The notes beneath the pieces were generated by a model, which was not told the DNA's origin, made no database searches, and saw only the letters and a list, made by a program, of their open reading frames with translations. DNA of 64,000 bases, taken from Perkinsela sp. CCAP 1560/9 (Eukaryota; Protista; Euglenozoa: Kinetoplastea). The position numbers were made by a program, and so were the translations under genes. Shown here one piece after another: positions 9,601 through 20,208 of the stretch; position 1 is the stretch's first letter; each line of letters opens with the position of its first letter. The stretch covers positions 372,001-436,000 of the forward strand of contig CBFFSA010000009.1 in NCBI GenBank assembly GCA_965644495.1. Direction: 5' to 3'.

Positions 9601-11530
9601 AGAAATCAAAGAGAAGTTTAGGCGGATCCGGGAAACGGACCAGAATAGGTTTTGTGGAGAAAGGAGAAGAACCTTCTACATCCTCTTTCCTTTGATACTG
9701 CGTTTGCTCGTCGCAAACGAACTCATCCAGCAAGGATTGTAGCACAAGAAAGCCGCTGGTAAGGTATTTCGTAAAAGGGGCGTTACTCCCTAGCACGGGA
9801 AGGAACATTTCCATGTCATCGGTGTCCCAGGGGGCAGAACTCATTGCTTTGAATGAATCCGTGATGCCCTCTGGAGTCCTCTTTAGCGTGCTAGGAGGCA
9901 GGCGGGTGTGATTCATGTAAATAGCATAGTCATACTTCCCTGTTTCGTTATTAAATGTGCGAAAATCGACAATAGCCCAAACAACGCCTTGAGCACTGCA
10001 GGGGGGTGAGTTGACATTCGCAGCTTGTTCAGAAAGAGATGTTCGCTCACAAGCTTGCAGAGCGTCCGATGTCGTGTTGAAATAGGTCGTTTCTATATTG
10101 CAGGGAAAGGTATAAGGTCTGTCAAGATGTTCAGTGTGTTCATCACTACTTGCGGTCTCGCATTTGAACGAACTCGAGTTGCGCATCCCTAACAAGCTCG
10201 CAGCAATTGGATGTCTACGGAGTACGAATTTCTGAAATCGCTCCGCAATTTCCGATTCGTTCGAAGCAAACCACAACACTGTACTGGGAAAAAAGCGTTC
10301 CTTCAGCTCAACATCGGGATTCATATTCTCATTCAAACGGCTCGAATGTCTCGTTTGTCGCCTCGGCTGTAACTGAGAAAGTCGTTGAAAATGTTTCTGC
10401 AGGAGAAAAGCTTCCAATGAAGGGATTCGTTGCGGAACATTTCCTCTTACTCGATATCGTGGTGGATCTGGACCATCTTGTAAAGTTCCACTAATACACA
10501 AATCCGATGGCGAAGGAAGACAGTAGAGAACAACCTCATTGGTCTGTGTTGACTTGGATGCAAAGGTATCACTCGGAGGGCGTTCGGCCAACGTAAACGC
10601 TTTTCGCTTTTTCGTGGCGTATACCCCATCCGCCTGTGGCCTTCTTGTTTTCAAACGTTCCCAAGGCAACGTACGCAGATTTTTCGTGTGAAACGCTGCG
10701 TAGTCTTCATCGCGTGTTTCAACATAATGAGTCCCTTTTTTCCTTGTAGCTCCCTTTTGACGTGATTTATGATTTCTTTCCCCGGAGAGCGGCGAAGCTA
10801 CCAGGGGGCTCGTTCCATCTGTCATGTTCTGAAACCAGTCGGCAACTCCATCCATCACCCCTGAGGTTTCTAGTGTGTCCAGTAAGTTCCCCAAAGCGGT
10901 TTCTGTTCCCTTAGCAGCATCTGTACGTTGAGTCTCCCCGTCTGATTTCGCGACCGATGTAAATTCGGGCAAATGATTCAAAAGCTCCCCGCTCTGTAGT
11001 TCCTTCAACATCTCTGTGAGCCATTCAGAACCTTTATCTGCACGAAGACCTACGGGGTATGGCTTTCGAATTGCATCAGAAGGGCAGCGAGGAATTATGT
11101 GGAAGGAGGACAGCTTATAGCTGTCACGGAGGGAACAAATTCTGCCGCCCTGGGTTGTTGAACCAAAGAACTCGGTATCTAAATCGTATACATTTCCTTC
11201 AATGTAGGATCGGGAAGGAGCAATACTTTTTACGTGGCCCGTCGCTTTGTAGCCCCATAGGGTAGGGAGCAACAAAAACAATGGGAGCACGATTTCCAGA
11301 AACGTTTGCCATTTTCGATGTTTTTTTAACCAGTAGTGTTTTCGCATGCAAAGCCGGAATTGCACCCAACTAGGGGAGGCGAAAATTTCGTAGTTGTCAT
11401 AGGGAGAATACACACCAGGTCGATGGTCAGTTTCGTTATGAGATCGTTTTCGATACCTATACATCGAAAGTCGAGTGTGAGCCAGCCATATTAACCACAC
11501 CGTATTAACTACGATGAAGAAAAAGTCCAT
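3611..11530 (-). CDS. Full-length ABCA subfamily transporter (2 TMD + 2 NBD)
   Basis: Walker A GHNGAGKS and GANGAGKT; signatures LSGGQKRKL and LSGGNRRKL; Walker B VVLDEPTAGID and LILDEASAGMD; ABCA motifs EEKESR.REVLWIMGL and TTLEDVF. First ATG at 11530; no introns. Confidence 0.95.
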   Translation of the reverse strand: MDFFFIVVNTVWLIWLAHTRLSMYRYRKRSHNETDHRPGVYSPYDNYEIFASPSWVQFRLCMRKHYWLKKHRKWQTFLEIVLPLFLLLPTLWGYKATGHVKSIAPSRSYIEGNVYDLDTEFFGSTTQGGRICSLRDSYKLSSFHIIPRCPSDAIRKPYPVGLRADKGSEWLTEMLKELQSGELLNHLPEFTSVAKSDGETQRTDAAKGTETALGNLLDTLETSGVMDGVADWFQNMTDGTSPLVASPLSGERNHKSRQKGATRKKGTHYVETRDEDYAAFHTKNLRTLPWERLKTRRPQADGVYATKKRKAFTLAERPPSDTFASKSTQTNEVVLYCLPSPSDLCISGTLQDGPDPPRYRVRGNVPQRIPSLEAFLLQKHFQRLSQLQPRRQTRHSSRLNENMNPDVELKERFFPSTVLWFASNESEIAERFQKFVLRRHPIAASLLGMRNSSSFKCETASSDEHTEHLDRPYTFPCNIETTYFNTTSDALQACERTSLSEQAANVNSPPCSAQGVVWAIVDFRTFNNETGKYDYAIYMNHTRLPPSTLKRTPEGITDSFKAMSSAPWDTDDMEMFLPVLGSNAPFTKYLTSGFLVLQSLLDEFVCDEQTQYQRKEDVEGSSPFSTKPILVRFPDPPKLLFDFLSQIGPHLPLTLIFGFTYFVSHLTQALVEEKESRTREVLWIMGLRRTSYYASWAIAYAFSSAISSGLLSTALSRTLLSQTSFFVLFAVLFLFCFSLIGFSALLSTLFERAQLAALVTPLIFTLSTLPVSLMLPTSQDEETIQLLVAYTNPFYWIQIVCKYVLHFLRISPSSDPLPNFSVLLALPFSSTSFTLWMRQMVKRESSGRGISVLEVLTGASPNWFYQSCWLLLLSIIFSAFLALFLDQVLPNTYGIQKPFFEVVKDFTSNFYNSLFHLVNLWKATIPVKTTTWSKAKRCTNKPTVPRSDASTTIHLQHLRKTFPDTLPPPPQQRAMLSNAHISENNRLETANDRTANDQTSNYETSNYQTAKYQTANYQAANSQLAHSSPVTLAVDDLCLALPSHSITVLLGHNGAGKSTVLHMLTGMLRPSSGDIQIFGQSLTQQCERLRDAGTMGFCPQHNLLWSGLTVVQHLYFVSALKQSIRCGDKEIDFWGNASTEIEHEVNEMMRKLNLLDKAHFLPSQLSGGQKRKLSISMALLGSSPLVVLDEPTAGIDVASRRALWDLLSEYVARKTGNGQKDGNSISDLSRPRTLLISTHYLDEADALGTQIAILHKARLRCVGTPLELKQRYGAGYILSLSMFSHSVPSPDPRNISSQESKSSRESNAENNKNFRTRAELYSLISQHVPETRILVDREAEIQISLPSTESETLAVLFDTLEDPTVRTQYGIESMGIQHTTLEDVFKYVSSEREMTLPLKPKEFKTMEHDPNQEPFSRTNSVKELQNTNLRMNADTPRHADQTRRTINVQSLPPPCFHQTRYRLLLSQVKGILSQRLSVTLRDRRYLLSATLLPVALLFMILWMHTRASEVAAPTPLEISPEGALPSCAVLHSKTQWGWSFFGEKQASECSFPLPIIRRKQRNVDENKTDDPPDWWTTSLPTLFPPEYCVKEVLLEDTNPNLPFDFHSINHRALESTLWPSPSPHSDPVYLPAALQIPSENSHDPLYILWHNASAPHALPETLRALHVAQIRASVQHAMGSEAHATNVLSSPFSSYPSSTKPPIDFSPLKTKTGDYQTEENRIKTKSGDHQNRTERNQNQTKEKKIKTKTGDHQNRTQRDRNPNQGDHTPTEENTIKPNTGDHNNQSEPTHPTPIQTKTPDPQNQTNNPHPPPLKPTLFSPTQPGNPPLPPPLHLTPLSPPLPSPPISPDPAVPDTAARALVLAPLLLLPFSLIPGVFAGYHVAERTARAPHLHALAGLHSATRWFAHSLFDLSLFLLSLLMSLSVFAHFARDEYVGEWGTLLGTGALVGGFGMSSTAGVYVVHRGFGSPSTAQAAVRLFAMLSGYTLTLLSFVMRVAYPGGYATWVRVFRVFPGFCLGEGLMALAWRGAKRGVVERWGEGGEGGLGWGGGNEESQKGWGGLVGSTSPLAWDCVGAPVAYLMMESVVFLSIAVAMDAPWWVAKLLRPLMCRIPVLSRGYTDLSGFPTTSGTISADPDVVQEEKEIMAACGHQGSRPDVCPLTSRKRSKDLITIVKLNKTYSNGVLSKLKHDALKCVAFFKNRIAVSLRRLPTHSFYETRHLETETTNAVSSTAVRSLTFGVSPGEVFGFLGANGAGKTTTLSILTGALSPSSGYATICGHPLPESVFETTVMRSCSRSPVLGYCPQLEGLHELLTVKEHLQFYARLQGILPSQIPTQIEYLVSLLELSSYLNVCATNLSGGNRRKLALGIALLGSPRVLILDEASAGMDPLTRRTFWQLLQQLYGNHDRESRLMDTELNEHKKMGTRSARIKELNNLPSSDPFHIAVPIEQEVLFSNHQEGLAISTERSGEELIPRCVLLSTHHLEEVEALCHRVGILAKGTLRCLGTLPHLKSKFAVGYELCFGLRRKLRKQRVYATCQEEMKVLADQGIHNKSGGSDADDVPQLCDVLRMDIFPQCQVILRERHDTQLRFQIEGEFLLSHAFRRLQDLCRKHKFAVQEYSLNRCNLESVFLHLSGHEA

Positions 11531-12019
11531 TGCGTTCAAATGCCTTTAAGTGTCCGGTACCCTTTCGATTCAAAGGAATAAAAGTGAATGAACGAACCTC
11601 TTCTTCCCAATCTTTTGCTCGTGTTCTGTGTCGCGTCTAAAGATAAAAGTTCTGTACTCATCAGCTTTTCTAAAATCGTTCATTGCCAAATGAAAACCGA
11701 GTGTAGTGTCAATTCTATATCACGGATACAAAAAATCAAAGTGTCACACGATCGCGGTGCGTCCGATTTAGTAAGTATTTTGCTAATTTTACACTACATT
11801 CTAACACACATCATTCTACCCAAATCTATAAACACCAACATATTCAAAAAGCAATAATACTAGAGTACTAGTGTATCAAATACTCGTGTATATCTATACT
11901 CGTGTATCCATTGAATGCGTGAAAAAACACATTGAAATCCTACCCAACCATACACCCCCTAAACGCACCCCCTAAAAGGGCGCTATCTAACACCTTCATT
12001 CCCCTTTCCACTACCCACC

Positions 12020-12285
12020 CCTTTTCACAACCCCCCTTTTTTCACCCTACTTCCCCCTTTCCTTTATTTTTACCCCCTCCCCCCCTCTCCCCTCCTCCAC
12101 ACAACCTCCCCTTTCCTTCACACCCCCCCTCCCTTCACCCCCCCCTTTTTTTTTCACCCTACTTTCCTTTCTCCTTTATTTTCTCCCCCTCTCCCCTTCC
12201 CCCTCTCCCCACCTTTTCACAACCCCCCTTTTTTCACCCTACTTCCCCTTTTCCTTTATTTTTACCCCCTCCCCCCCCTCCCCCC
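12020..12285. repeat. Pyrimidine-rich ~65-bp direct repeat (2 full copies + 1 partial) downstream of SFT2
   Basis: CCTTTTCACAACCCCCCTTTTTTCACCCTACTTCCCCTTT(T)CCTTTATTTTTACCCC at ~12020 and ~12212. Confidence 0.75.
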
Positions 12286-12287
12286 CC

Positions 12288-12758
12288 TCATCTCCCCACC
12301 CCCCTCACCACCGCCACCACCGCCGTCCTCCCATACGGGATGTACGACAGCCCGTACCACACCATCGCGACGTACTGCAGCACGCAGGCCAGCACGGTCA
12401 GCGTGCCGCTGTGCAGCACCAGCGCGGTCACCAGCGTGAGCCCCATCGCGGCGAAGTACACCGCGGTGGCCACGACCCGCTTCCGGTGGAACATGCGGCG
12501 GGCCTGGGCCCGGGGACCCGCCAGGAACCCCGAGGAGACCAGCGAGAGCACGTTGCTTAGCGTCACCAGGAACCCGTAGAGCGCCCACTCGCGCTTGAAG
12601 ACGGCGACCCAGCTGAAGATGGAGAGCAGCAGGCCGGCGCCGAGGCAGAGGAAGAAGCCGTAGGCGCGGTGGGTGAGGGAGAGGGCGGGGAACCAGACGG
12701 AGTTGTCCTCGGTGGGTTCCGAGGAGGAGGAGGGGTCGTCGGAGGAGAAGAGGAACAT
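12288..12758 (-). CDS. SFT2: Got1/Sft2-family vesicle transport protein (156 aa)
   Basis: [42 protein letters not shown] motifs and 4 hydrophobic segments. The true ATG is at 12758; the upstream extension in the ORF track is microsatellite. Confidence 0.9.
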   Translation of the reverse strand: MFLFSSDDPSSSSEPTEDNSVWFPALSLTHRAYGFFLCLGAGLLLSIFSWVAVFKREWALYGFLVTLSNVLSLVSSGFLAGPRAQARRMFHRKRVVATAVYFAAMGLTLVTALVLHSGTLTVLACVLQYVAMVWYGLSYIPYGRTAVVAVVRGVGR

Positions 12759-12816
12759 GGGGGACAGGGGAGGGGGATGGGGGTGTGGAAGGGAATAGAG
12801 AGGGGAGGAAGAGATG

Positions 12817-13243
<427 letters not shown>

Positions 13244-13328
13244 GAAAATATGGGGGGGTTAAAAATCGTATAAATTGTCCATTTTTGAAAATTAGCACCG
13301 CATTTGAGAGCTCTCGCAGAGATACGTG

Positions 13329-13720
13329 TCACCTGATATTGCCCTTTCGAGCTACCAGATTTAGAAACTGGAGGGTCTCGGGGCCGGGGACACCATAGGT
13401 GGTGAAGGCCAAAGGGAAGAAACCGATCCCCCTGGCCCCCGCCATCTCTTCGTGAGTACGCCGTTTTAGGCGTTCCGCCTGCATCACGGTGAAGGAGGGC
13501 TCCGCTGCCTCCTTGTCCACATAAGAATGTGCCAGTGGGTTCACCACCGTCACGTCCACTAGAACGAGCCTCTTCCCCGGGAGGAAATAGATGTCCGGTC
13601 CCCGTCCGTTGTCAAACCTAGATTCGACCAGATCCGGGGTGAACCCATACTGAATCAATAGGTTCCGGAACGTCTCCTTAACCCCCTTGTGACGGGAGGA
13701 TTGGGTCTTCAATTCGGAAG
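13329..13720 (-). mobile_element. CRE/SLACS-like non-LTR retrotransposon fragment (restriction-like endonuclease)
   Basis: SRHKGVK...[10 protein letters not shown]...[14 protein letters not shown]...AE..KR...[12 protein letters not shown]; homologous to 62880-63441. Confidence 0.8.
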
Positions 13721-13744
13721 GCGGCAAGACCTTCCATAATGATT

Positions 13745-13985
13745 GGTGGTTTTCACTATCACTGAGATAATCGGATGTGAAATGGGCCGCACCCATTGGA
13801 AGTTGATTTCTCGCAGAGATCAAGAAACACTCTATGGTCTGTTGGTGTAACAGACTGTTGGCGTGGATATTCCGGCATTGAGGAATTTTGCCGCTACCAC
13901 GCGGTAAATCACAGCAAAGAGTTTGTAGAGCTGCATGGGTACGACACTAATCATGCGGAGTGTCTACACGGCATCATAAAAATTT
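13745..13985 (+). mobile_element. Merlin/IS1595-like transposase C-terminal fragment
   Basis: VTDCWRGY...HAVNHSKEFV...GYDTNHAE..HGIIK matches the TDxW.GY / VNHS / TN.IE motifs and the copy at 49880-50020. Confidence 0.8.
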
Positions 13986-13989
13986 GAAC

Positions 13990-14755
13990 GTACCTTCAGC
14001 ATTACAACTATGGAATGTCCTCAATGGATTTGAAAAGAAATTTGTGGGTGCTTTTGAGACCCAGTGGCACAACACGCTTGAAACTGACTGGCGCATGATT
14101 CAAATTCCCGAAGACGGAAATTTGCGAAACTTGCCAATGCGTATAATCTGAGGGGGGGTGCGCATTTCTATGGTGCACGTACATGGCGCAGTATGGATGA
14201 CGTCCCCCGTGGGGAAGAAGCTGTGACATGGAGGAAGAATCACTCTCTGTTTCGGAATCCTGTATGTCCTCGACATAGGGATGCGGAGATGAAGGATATC
14301 CCGGAAAACCAGGAATCTCTATCTGCATGTTTCACGCGGATGGGGAGCGTAATCCGTGCAGAGAGAAGGTGAGCAAGTTTCTGCCGTTCGTTAACACGAG
14401 GACAACTTTGCAACCAGGCCAGCTTTTGTTACTCTTTGGGGATATCGCGAATAATATGTGTGTCGGACAGATTGCCAGATTGCACCATAAAATCGTGTCA
14501 AAGTTTATTCATGATATCGGGAACGCTGCTCTGCACCAAGAAGAACATATGAATTTGGTCGGATGCAGGTTGACGAAATCTTCATCGGGAAAAGGAATTA
14601 TCACCGCGGAAGGCGGCAACGCCATACTGGTTAGTGGTTTGTCAGTATCACTGAGATAATCGGACGTGAAATGGGCTGCACCCATTGGAAGTTAGTTTCT
14701 CGCAGAGATCAAGAAACACTCCATGATTTTATCACTCCCCATTCCGTTCCGAATC
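13990..14755 (+). mobile_element. Merlin-like transposase N-terminal/central fragment (frameshifted)
   Basis: Frames give RTWRSMDDVPRGEEAVTWRKNHSL, GDIANNMCVGQIAR and QVDEIFIGKRNYHRGRR, aligning with 49088-49735; truncated by the retroelement at ~14790. Confidence 0.8.
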
Positions 14756-14789
14756 CCTGTAACAAACTTTTAGAGAACACGAAAAGTTT

Positions 14790-17700
14790 GATACTGTAGA
14801 CATTACCACGGGCTCAGAGGGTGATGATCCGGACTGGGATCCAGATGACGATATATCATGCTATCCGGGTACCGCACCGACGACAGGGACTCTAGCGAAG
14901 ACGAAACGCCTCTTTTCACGGGGTGGACTCACGAAACCTCTCATACACTGGAGGTTTATGAGGTGTATGAGGAGGTGTACGATGAGTAAGGAAGAAGTAC
15001 ATGTGCAAAGTGTGCCTTCACGTATGTTGCAAAGTGAAACCGAAAGGTCTGTGCATCCTAGCGTCCCTCTTCCCTCTTCGGAAGTCGTGGCTATAGACAG
15101 TTTACAAGCTCCCGGCAGAAGGCCCTGTAAGCATACGTGCCGCGACAAGACAAATTGTTTGCACCAGTGCTGCAAAATAGGAGTCCTCATCACGGGTGCT
15201 ACAAATAATCCTCGACCAGAACGGCACCTCGGGGAGTCACCACTAACACGGTCACATAGTCCGACAGTAGCCACATCGATAGAAACCGATCCGCAAGTCT
15301 CGACAGATGCCATACCGAGCGAAGAGGCCCAGTATGAGGAACTGCCAACCGGTAATCCGCCGTCGTCCGCCGTAATATCAGCAAACACGGCCAACTATCG
15401 CCCGTGTCGGCACATATGCAGCAATAAAACTCAGTGCAAACACCAATGTTGCAAGACAGGGGTCATGATCATCGAAGAAAACAGTCAGAATCGAACATGA
15501 TCACTCAGGAATTTGTTTACGAGGACATTTCCTGCTGATGCTAGCATAATATCACCACAGAATCACCCTAGCTGGCCATCCGAGACAGGAAACTTGAGCG
15601 GTACGCAGGCTGTAAACCACGAACTCTCTCCTACACGCACTTCCCCGGAACCTCATGTTAGTAGAGATGGCAATATCCCACCTGAATCAGTCCCTCGCCG
15701 TAATTGCGCACATAAATGTAAAGACAAAACCAAATGTAAGCATTCATGTTGGAGTTCTCCTCAAAGCTGGCGAAATCGCATACTCTGCCATAAGCTGGAC
15801 GGAGAAAAAATATTCTATTCCCTGCGCTTGGTGATGCCGAACGCGCTGCAGCTTCTTCACAAGCTTCGGAACCGCCCGCCCCAGTCGTGGCACCCCGCCT
15901 ACCAGTTCGCACCAACTCCCTGCCCCGCACGAGTCCACTGTCCAGCCCTCTACGACATTTCCCACCAGCCCACGAGACGCAACCGGATTCCTCACCTTCT
16001 GTACCACGTATGGAATCCGTAGCAGAACCCGCGCCTTTGCCTTTACCTTTACCTCCCCCACCAGAAGTAAATCGCAGACGCACGATACTGCAGAGAATCC
16101 CTCGAGCCCAGCACGCCCCAGCCCCAACCATTCATCCCATTCCTGACCTGCAGAATCTTCTCGAAACATTTGACACAATAACGGGAGGACGAGTTCTGGT
16201 ACGTTTTACAGAGGAACAGTGGGGCAATATTATTGCGAAAATTGAGGAACGTTGCAATTTGTACGTGCACCCAGCGCGAAACGATGAGGATGCCCTGACT
16301 CAAGCTAAAACATTATCCGCGATCCTCGCCGTAACCGTCTTTGAAGCCGCACGGGAGAGCGACCCGACACACGGCTTTCTCCTGCGAACCAGAGCTGGCA
16401 GAGCCAGAAGGAACTCACGGCCCTTGGCCATCGAACGTACCACGAAGAGGCTTCGCACACATGTTCGCCAACTCAAACGTGCACTTACCTTCATGAAGGG
16501 GCCGCGAGAAACAAGCAGCGAGGAGAAATTAAGGAAGCAGAGAAAGCGTTGAAGTTGTACGTGGAGGAAGCTAATCTACAAAGAGGGAAATCGATCGACG
16601 ATGGGCATTAACTCGGTTCCAGAGAAACCCGTGGACAGCTGCGGGCGAATGCCTAGATCGCACTGACTCAATCCAGGAACCCGAGACGTCTTAACTTACA
16701 GTACCTCTTCAAGACGTTGAGAACTTCGCGGCATCATTGTCAAAACCTGAAGAGAATCACAGCATACCCCCCGCCGAGTTCTTGGGACCACGGCCTGACA
16801 TCGACATGCCATGGTCGGACATTGACGCCGAAATGATAGCATCTGCTGTATCTTCCAAGCGCTCGGGCGCTGCTCCTGGATCAGACACTGTATCCAACGC
16901 TCTGCTCAAGCGTTGTAGCCCTATCTTTGTCTACATCGCTCAAGTATTCAATGATATCCTTAAATTCGGGATTTGCCCCCCCACTTGGAAATCTGCCGTA
17001 ACTCGCCTCATACACAAAGGAGGTCCTACATCAACTATGGAGAATTGGCGACCGATAAGCTTAACTAGTTGCATAGGGAAACTTTTCCATTCAATCCTGA
17101 GCCACCGAATCCTTCAACATTCCTTGGATTCTCATGCGCTCGATACATCAGTACAAAAAGGATTTCTACCACACATGAATGGGACCGTCGAGCATACACA
17201 AGTCTTATGCGAGCTCCTTGAACACCAACGACGTCACAAACGGCAATACTTACTGGCACAGTTCGATATCAAGAACGCTTTCGAATCTATCCCCCACGCA
17301 GTACTGTTACAATCCCTAAAATGGGCCCGTGTCTCCCCAATTCTAATTAACTATATCAGCGAGCTGTACAAAGGAGCATCTAGTCAAATCAAGTGTGCTG
17401 AAGGCCTTACGAAGTCGATCGAGACCGACCGTGGAGTATTACAAGGAGATACACTGTCGCCGATCTTATTCAACTTGGCAATGGAATTGGTTCTTCGCTT
17501 CATCCGTTCAAGTTGCCCACAGTACGGAATCACTTGGGATGGAAAGGAACTTTTCTGAAGGCCTTTGCTGACGACCTCAGTATACTCACGAACACACCAA
17601 AGGAAATGCAAATTGCCACGAACGTACTGGTCAAAGTTCTAGGCGACATCGGAATGAAATTGAACGCAAAGAAATGTCGGATTTAACACATGGCAATGAC

Positions 17701-19215
17701 TCAAGCCTCAGGCTACATGACAAGACGCCCGCAGATAATGATTGACGCAACACCTATTCCTCAAATATGCGATAATGGTAGCACATTCCTGGGTATGACT
17801 CTCGCACCTGGTGCCCAGCATGGTAAAATTCTGTTCCTAAAGCTACGCAATCGACTCCGTACTTGGTTACGCAACATATCTTCCAGCGCCCACGACCTAC
17901 CCGCCCGACTCTGGATATCCAATAATGGTATTATCTCCCGCCTTCGCTACTCTTTTGTTGGCAATTCATGTCTGACTTTTAACCACGTTCTGCGCCTCCA
18001 GCGATGCGCTACAAATGAAATCAGAAAATGGTTAAATGTAGCAAAATCCGCGACAAGCGAACTGTTGTACTCCGAGCATGGTTGGAACCTCGTGAGCTTA
18101 TCCAAACTATGGCTTCTTTCAACCGCGAGCGCCGTGGAACAAATGGAGAAATCACGCGATCCCGATGTCCAGCACGCCCTGCGAGAACGCATCAGGAAGA
18201 AAACAAGAGAAAAGCGGGGTACATTCGTCCGCCGACTGGCATACTCGGTTCAACTCACAATAACGTGCGACGACTTCTCGACAGTGAATATGAGAGGCAT
18301 CTTTCGGAAGCCGTGCAAAGACGCACTTCAGTTGCGGGAAGATGGTTCCGCGTAGCGACGGAAGCAGACCTCGCGAGGGACTTCGCTGCCGCCCTATGTA
18401 ATCTCAAAAGCGAATCGCTATCACGATTTACGGCTTCCGTACTAACAGAAACGCCACTCCCCACTAGAGTGTCTCTCCGCAAATGGGGCGTATCGACACA
18501 CACAAGCGACAAGTGTCCCATTTGCGATACTGAAACGCAAACCGCGCGACATATACTCTCCGGGTGTAGAAAAGCACTCGAGCAAGGACGATATACTCTG
18601 CGACATAACATGGTGCTACAAGCCCTCGCAAACTCTGTGCAGAAATTCCAAGGGACCAGTCTATATCACTTTGACCTCCCTCACTTTCGCTCTACCCCTC
18701 CGTGGCTCACGGAACTCGACACCGAGCTGCGACCGGATGGGTGGGTGAAACTGTCCAACGGGGAGGAGTATATTATAGAATTGACGTGCCCCTGGGAGGA
18801 AACTTTTGTCTACGCACACGAAAGAAAAACTGCCAAGTACACAAATCTCTACCATTCCCGCAAGCTCACAAACCCGAGCACTTTCCTACTCGTTTTCAAA
18901 GTCGGAGCGAGAGGAAAAATAAGCAGTGCTGGTCGAACTCTGAACTCTCTATTTATGGGTAACGATGAGCTGGTGGCTGAGTGCCTGCGCAATATGACCG
19001 TGAAGGCTCTGAGAGGGAGCTTCATAGTATATCAAAACCGCAATGACAAAAATTGGATGGAGGAGAACGTTCTTGGTGACGCTGGATAGAAACAGGTGAC
19101 TAAAAGGCGTTTTGTGCGCGTTTTCACCACATAAATCTGCAGGATTTCCTCTGCAGGATTACCTGTACAATATATAATAGCCTGTACAATATATAATATA
19201 CAATATATATGTATG
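14790..19215 (+). mobile_element. HERO-like (RLE/R2-group) non-LTR retrotransposon, near full length, decayed
   Basis: RT motifs APGSD, WKSAVTRLIHK, WRPISLTSCIGK, VQKGF..GTVEH, FDIKNAF, RGVLQGDTLSPILF, AFADDL. C-terminal CPIC..HILSGC..ALEQGRY..RHN, LRPDG, IIELTCPWE, AHERK..KY, VGARG. Several stops and frameshifts; AT-rich tandem tail at ~19165-19215. Confidence 0.9.
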
Positions 19216-20208
19216 ATGCAATATATCAAAAGAAATTGACGGGTGCTGCTTTCTTTGCCAAGTCGGGCGTCCAGCGGCCCGACACGAGAAACGACATAAA
19301 AGTGTGCCCGGTTGTAAATTTTGACTTCGCAACGGGTATCCGAGCCGGTGACTCTGATACGGACGTCGCCGTAAAGCAATAAACCACTTACGAGGAGTTA
19401 CCGTTCATTTGTTTGTCGACGGCGTTATATCTTGTGTTCCGTGCAAAACAATATTCGAAGCAAGGAAACGTTTTCCGCGGCACTGTGCATGTAGCACATT
19501 GTGCGCCGAAAACTGCACCAGTCAGCAAGCTCCTCCCTAATGTTTCAGCTGCTGACCAAGAAGCAAAAGCTCAGTTTACTATTGAATAAGCTTCTATTAT
19601 TAATATTTTTACTTTTATTATTATTACTGTTCATGTGGTCCAATTGACTGCATCACGGTTGTTCAGAAAAAGGGGCATACAGATGTACGCGCACGTTGGC
19701 TTCAACACCGCAGATGAAGCGATGTGTTTATTCAATACAGAATCATATTTAGATCTGCAGAGGTAAATTTCTACCTATGCTACGGTCGCATACGACGACC
19801 CCGCATAGGCTGTTTTACTAGCCTAGCCGCCCCCTTTCCAGTCGGGTGATTCCCGGTTTAGCCAAATAACAAAGCTACTACGAAGCCTGCGGCAAGCGTA
19901 TCCTATAAAGGAATCAAGCGAAAAAGGCAACCCCCAGAAGCGTAAGCACGGAAATTAAAGTTTTTCAAGAAAGTGCCAAAGTGAACACTCTTTTTTAAGT
20001 TTGGGGATTTTTTTGTACGATCTTTGTATTTTATGGTCACCTACTTCAGATAGCTCTGAAAAACGAATAAAGGAATAGTTTTTTTTGAAAAGAACAACAA
20101 TTGAAGATTTTGCTTCCACTAATTCTCTGTTGAAATTCGTCCACAGCACCCTTTGTAATATTCGTCGGATCTAAGTTTTTCTGCGGTTCTTACTTACACC
20201 ACTTATAC

